The notes beneath the pieces are model-generated. The model saw only the letters and a list, made by a program, of their open reading frames with translations, did no database searches and was not told the origin of the DNA. A stretch of DNA of 57,960 bases, the filler included, from Sluysia triapertura (Eukaryota): the NCBI GenBank assembly GCA_046118255.1. It is 4 parts of 4 records of this genome, joined end to end, with 100 filler letters (N's around TTAATTAATTAA, not from the genome) between each part and the next. Parts side by side here need not be neighbours in the genome. Positions count along the whole stretch, not along the records: positions 44,312 to 57,960 come from JBJNIA010027727.1; 3 more parts are not named here. One strand, 5' to 3'. How positions within the stretch are numbered: the stretch's first letter is position 1; every line of letters starts with the position of its first letter. Of this stretch, positions 52,431 through 57,960 are shown in pieces. The translations under genes and the position numbers were made by a program.

Positions 52431-54365
52431 CAAACATTCTCACAATACTCAGGAATAATAATATTAATATTAATAAAGAAAATAGTTATGAAACAGGTAG
52501 CTAATTGGTGAGAAATTATAAATATGTTTATGCTGATGTTTAATTTGAAATAAATATTTTTAAATTAAAATAAACTTGTTTTATAAATTAATTGGATTTA
52601 CAAACATGTTAATATTTCTTGTAAATAAATTAAGTTAAAATAGAAGTTTTTATAAATTTTACTTATTTATTAGAAACCATTCTTGTCCTTTTACAAGGAC
52701 ATAATTTATTACTTCGTAAGTCATTATAATGTAAGTCATATTCGACAATTTATGGTCGTTGTCAACTATTCATTATTCTGGGTCATTTGACGAGACGTAA
52801 TCGTTTTCTTGGTGTAGTAATTTTTATTTTTAGTTATTTACTTCTTTAGGATATGCACTTTTGATCTAAATTTCATTAAGTTTTATTTTGTGTATGTTTT
52901 AGTTGGAATATTACCAATAATGCGCTTCTCAAGATGCAGCACTTTTTGTCGTTTTATAAAAATACTTTTCCGAAACTGTACCTTCCAAACATCGCTTCAA
53001 CTTTCGTTGTCTGTATTTTTTGTTAGACGCTTCATCAACACCTATTCCTTGTTGTCCCACGCGTAGAATTACTATTATTATATATATTATAGCATATTTT
53101 CGACAATAATTACATTCATTTCGAACTTTTGTATCTCATTTTCTTTATCATAAACATGTGCCTTGCTGAACATCGGAATTTCTTATTTTTATTCTTATTT
53201 ATATTTCTTATTCTTTTTCTTATATTTTTCCATAAAACATGAAACTAATGACCAACGTTTCGGTTTCATGTCACTTGAATAGTGGCGAATCATCATATAT
53301 CATTAAAATTATGTACTATTTTGATAGCACACATTGCAGCAGATTTTAATTAATAAAATTAAAATTGATTAATGTTGCGAAATATGCGTCACTCAGAATA
53401 ATTTGATGGAGAAAATATAAAACAAAAGCAAGTACCAAAAGAAAAGTTACCACAATTTTTAGTATAGTACTATCCACATTTTTCAACATGAATCAGTACT
53501 ACACTGAAATTATAGTTTGCGAGACAAATCGAAATTGAAAATAAATCAAAATAATGTTTAAATGACGTTATTCAAACTTTGATTATCTACCAGAAACTCA
53601 ATGAAAGAACAGCATCGATTTACAATCAGATATAATATTTCTAGTAATTCCCCAATCATTAAAGTAATAATCATTGTCTATTGAAATTGTAGTATCAGTA
53701 TAGTAATTGTTTTGTCGAGGTTAGTCAATGAATATCAATATTGGTTATATTCACAAAAACAAAATTCTACTAAAAAGTAAGATAATCGATAAATGTAAAT
53801 ACCATCAACAAAATTTGTAACTAATATAAAAGAACAAAAAGTGTTAGTCTGTACATAATTAAAAGGCACTTCTTTTAATACTTTAGTTTCTTTTGTACTT
53901 TCGTAGGAATAAATAAATAATTTTACAAGTACACTTTAAGTCTATTTTAATGTTTAACATACGAACGTTAAACTTTCCTTATCAATATACATAAAATTAA
54001 TTAATAATCAATAAACGGAGTTTTTTGTTCGACGGAAATAATTAAAATGTATACGAAAATGATGTACAAAAAGCGAATATAAACTTGCAAATACAAAAAA
54101 TTATCTTATAATTTCTTCCGTAAAGAAAATTATTAATGATGATATTAATAATTTTTGCTACTAACAAATCAAAAATTTATCAGACTTCCTTTGTACTTTA
54201 TAATTTGTAACTATTTTCAAAAATACACGTTCAATTTATTAAGTCTTGATTTATTATCGTATGTAAAAATACTATCTAAAAGAAGTTTAATGTTATTAAC
54301 GTGAAATATCAAATTATGTCTTATGCATTTTAAATAGAAAACGTTTGTCTTACATTAATAAAAAC

Positions 54366-55678
54366 TTAACTTACTACGCAAGAATAAGTGATATTGATTA
54401 CTGTATTAAAAAAAGAACTAATTTCTAAATAAATTTGTTGTAAGAACTGATTTTCTGGTTGCAAAGTGCACGAATAAATAAGCTTGACAAGATTCTCCAT
54501 TATACTTGATTCAGATTGCAACATTTCCAATGCATCACATGGTGCCACATTTGATAGTATTACATCTAATGTTGGTAAAATCAATTGAAGACTATTGTGA
54601 TGTTGAGATATTATAATTAAATCTGGTGGTTCTTCATCTTCACATAATTTATCAATATATTGAGCAAAACTAGAATAAATTGTATTAAAATTACATACTG
54701 AAAAAAGTAATATAATAAACTTAATATTTAGACAAACCTAATGATATAATACCATTTTCATTTGTTGAAAACAAATGAATTACGTAATGAAAATAATCAA
54801 TATCATGATCGGAAAACCATCTATAATTATAAGTTAAAAGAGAAATTAGCTAACTCTTTTTCATTTCTCGCTATTAATAATGCTTCAAGAAGTTCGTTGG
54901 ATATCCATTTTTCGCAAAGTTCATCATCCAATTTCATTAATTGACCCAGTATTTGTACACTGGATACCAGCAAGTCTTCTAATTATTATTTATTAGTAAA
55001 GTAAATATTTACTGTTTGTAGATGATTTCAATACAAAAATAATGTTTTTTAATAAATCTGAATTTAACTTTATCGCATTTAACCAATTCGTTAATTTATT
55101 TGACATCTTTAGTACAATTTTCATTAATCTATTTAAATGACACATTGCAACATTATACATACCTACTACACTCAAGTAAAAATTCTGTATTTGGAGAAGA
55201 CCAAAATGATAAAAGCAAATTTCTAAAATATTAGAAATAATAAAAATAGTTATTTACATTATGTCTAAATTTGATGAAATTTTCTCGCATAATATTTTAT
55301 TAGAAGCAAAGTTTCCTAAAATACCGATAAATAATTCCTTATATAGATTTAAATCAATTAAATAAATTTTACATTAAAACGATCTGATTTATTTACACAT
55401 ATTGCATCACAAAAAGGTTCGATAAAAGCAAATTCTTTGATAAATTCTAAAACATCAGCTTCCACAGTAATATCCATAAATTTACATAAATCATCGTCAA
55501 AATCTAAGTCATTATCAACATACACTGTATCATTTGAACAATATTGTACTAATTTAGATAGAACTCGTTTAACCAATTCAATTATATATATTTTTGTATA
55601 AGGTGTATTTCCAACTAAAGTTGGTATCACAAACTCGTCACGTAAGTCTGGAGGAGGTGATGCATTTCGGTAATCCAT
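54366..55678 (-). CDS. SAAL1: SAAL1 (serum amyloid A-like 1) homologue. Exons: 55678-55373, 55337-55258, 55222-55163, 55128-55013, 54978-54855, 54820-54738, 54697-~54375/54366
   Basis: The spliced translation follows SAAL1 motifs in order: MDYRNASPPP (cf. MDRNPSPPP), LVGNTPYTK (IGSTVYSK), ELFIGILGNFA (EICVGILGNMA), LLECSRL (LLETSRL), IIFVLKSSTNKDLL (ICFIMSSSTNVDLL). All six introns are GT-AG, 34-40 nt and frame-preserving. The 3' end is uncertain: stop at 54366, or a GTAAGT donor at 54374 leading to a further exon. Confidence 0.9.
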
Positions 55679-56219
55679 GTTTCAGTAAAATTCTACATTA
55701 AATTAACGCATGATTAAAATAGAATTCAAAAGAATTAAAATAATATAATTTATAAATAAAAACGTTATTGTATTATTAAATAAAGTTTGTGAATAAAAAA
55801 GTACTGAAAAATAATTTAATATAAGTTAATATGTGTTGTTAAGTTCAAATATTGATTATTAAAACAATGACTATTTGCATGAATATTTTTGATAGATCCA
55901 GAATCAGAAAAATAGTCAATTTCAAAAATTGATTGTAATGAGTCAGAACCCACATCCATCATTACAGCCGCACAAAATAAATTCACAAAATTATCCATAA
56001 TCTCAGTCACCCTATCGCAATTACAACTATTACTATAACCATTCAATATAAATTATATAAAATGTAATAATTCATAATAATAAAATACAATAAAAACAAT
56101 AACAAAATGCATAAAATATAATTCATATTACATATTTGTATTACACCAAGTAATAATTCACATTACACATATTACATACTAAGCACATTTTTAAAATTAT
56201 TTGACAATATTTTAATAGA

Positions 56220-57420
56220 TATTAATAAATTAAATAACTTTGTAACTGTAGAGGGGCTGCGGTGTCCACAATACTATAGTGCCACAGACCTTTTTGTTGT
56301 ACTAATGTTGTAATCAATTTTCCTTCTTGATTGACGTTTAGAATCTTTGTACCTCTTATTTGAACTCGGTTTGGTCTAGATTCTGGATACTCTTTCGCAT
56401 CCAAACAAAGAGAATTTTGTGCCATTCTGAGGTTTTTATACTATTAGTCTTATTATTGTTGGGATTAGTGAAGAATAAGGGTTGATATAAGGGTCAAAAC
56501 TTAGGATAGCAGAATAAGTGGAACACTATTAAATAGCTAAGACGAGGCATTATGATGAACTGAAATAGCAAGATAACTATAGAGAATATTTTAATCAAAG
56601 TAAAATAATGAGAGATACGAAAAAATAATGTAATAGTACACATATTCTTAGTTATTTAAAACAATTTTATTATTCGTATTTTCATAAGTGATTTTCTAAG
56701 CACAGATTTTGGGTTGTCACTTCATTATCATTATATGCATTGTTTCTTGGTCGGCCCGGAGCTATTGTAATTGTATTAGTTTCCTTATTGCTTGTTTATA
56801 TATCTTGATTGCTCTTAAAATAAATTACATAGTGAGGTTTCTCTATTATATTATCATTATTATTTCCCGAAGCTTTTGCATCATTTGCTATAATTTCAAC
56901 ATAATCATCTATTAATTGTTTAATTAAATATTGTGGAGTATTATCCAAATTAACATTGTCATCGAAGGGTTTACAGGGTTGTCTTGTACCGCATAATTAG
57001 CAAAAGCTTTTAATACTTCATTACGGTTCCCAAGGGATAATTATAATCATTCAAAAATTCATCTGGTATCACATTCCTGTCATGGAAACTTAATTTTACA
57101 TCCACTATGTTATACCTTTTGATTTAATTATATCAATAACTTCTTCAATAACATTCATCGATTCATTAATTAATACAATATTCTCATTAAGGATTTAGGT
57201 TCTTCCATTCACTTCACTTAGCTAATACTCTCAACAATTTTCTAGCTTTCATCTTATAAGAGCCATCCTCTCGGCTTAGAATTACTAAATTTAATTTAAT
57301 ACTTTGTCTCTTACCCACGATACATATGAAATATGTAACTTTTCCATATTTTTATCAATGTCTTTTGCTTCTGTAACAAGTATTCTGCAAGAAAAATTTA
57401 TACTTTCTTGATTAAAGCTG
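56220..57420 (-). mobile_element. Degenerate LTR-retrotransposon gag/protease region
   Basis: SIVDTAA resembles the retropepsin motif xIVDTGA. Segment 56440-56625 has an inverted homologue at 17070-17250. Confidence 0.4.
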
Positions 57421-57829
57421 ATTCTGTATGTAAAGCAATTTTATGTTTTTGTTGCTTTTGTTGATTTATTTTATTTTAAATCAATATTATTATTATAAAA
57501 TAAAATAATAAAATAAATAAAAATTTAATAATTATAATTAGTAATTATTAAATTTAAGAAAATTAATTTAATAAAATAAAATTTATTTTAATAAAATTTA
57601 GGAAATAATAAAAAATAGTAAATTAAATAATTAATTTTTAAATAATAAAAAAATAGTAAATTAAATAATTAATTTTATAAATAATTAGTTCTGGAACAAT
57701 TTGTTTAAATTAATTAATTTTGAAAATAGAAGCCATTTTGGAAAAAAGTTAATATAAAAAAAGGTAAAATTTTTCTAATAACTCAATATTAAGAATTTGG
57801 ATTTTTTCAAGAAGATTTGGAACAATTTT

Positions 57830-57942
57830 AGGAAAAGCTCCAGCTAGAAGAATTTTATTTTTGAAGAAAAATTTTTTAATTAAAGGAAAAGCTCCAGCTA
57901 GAAGAATTTTATTTTTGAAGAAAAATTTTATAATTAAAGGAA
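57830..57942. repeat. Tandem duplication of about 54 bp (aggaaaagctccagctagaagaattttatttttgaagaaaaatttt...)
   Basis: Two near-identical adjacent copies. Confidence 0.85.
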
Positions 57943-57960
57943 TAAAGAAGACATTTATTT

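Noticed and set aside
612-56915. Most of the 60-100 aa ORFs in the supplied track
   Set aside because: They are I/L/F/K/N/Y-rich chance frames expected in very AT-rich DNA, or antisense shadows of real exons and TE remnants.
57600-57942. Repeated units as a possible CRISPR-like array
   Set aside because: Simple two-copy AT-rich tandem duplications without unique spacers, in a eukaryotic context.

Overview
Very AT-rich (roughly 75% A+T by eye) animal scaffold. Four contigs are joined by artificial 100-bp linkers (44 N + TTAATTAATTAA + 44 N). Four host genes are recognisable. (1) The last two exons of LRRC58 (+), probably joined by a GC-AG intron; no 5' exons were found. (2) The 5' part of agrin (+): signal peptide, NtA domain, a 24-nt micro-exon and two follistatin/Kazal modules, running into a gap. 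(3) A divergent MTMR6/7/8/9-type myotubularin (-) that lacks the catalytic motif and appears disrupted. (4) A near-complete SAAL1 gene (-) with six introns of 34-40 nt. The very short introns and low GC would fit a reduced-genome invertebrate such as an orthonectid; this is inference only. The rest is mostly decayed mobile DNA: Ty3/Gypsy fragments and solo-LTR-like repeats, an R2-superfamily (NeSL/Utopia-like) non-LTR element, L2/CR1-like and Penelope-like remnants, mariner and hAT remnants, two intact hAT MITEs with 8-bp TSDs, and a two-copy tRNA-derived repeat enclosed by inverted repeats. No clearly novel multi-gene system could be demonstrated; the best leads are listed as findings. All family assignments come from motif recognition by eye, not database searches.
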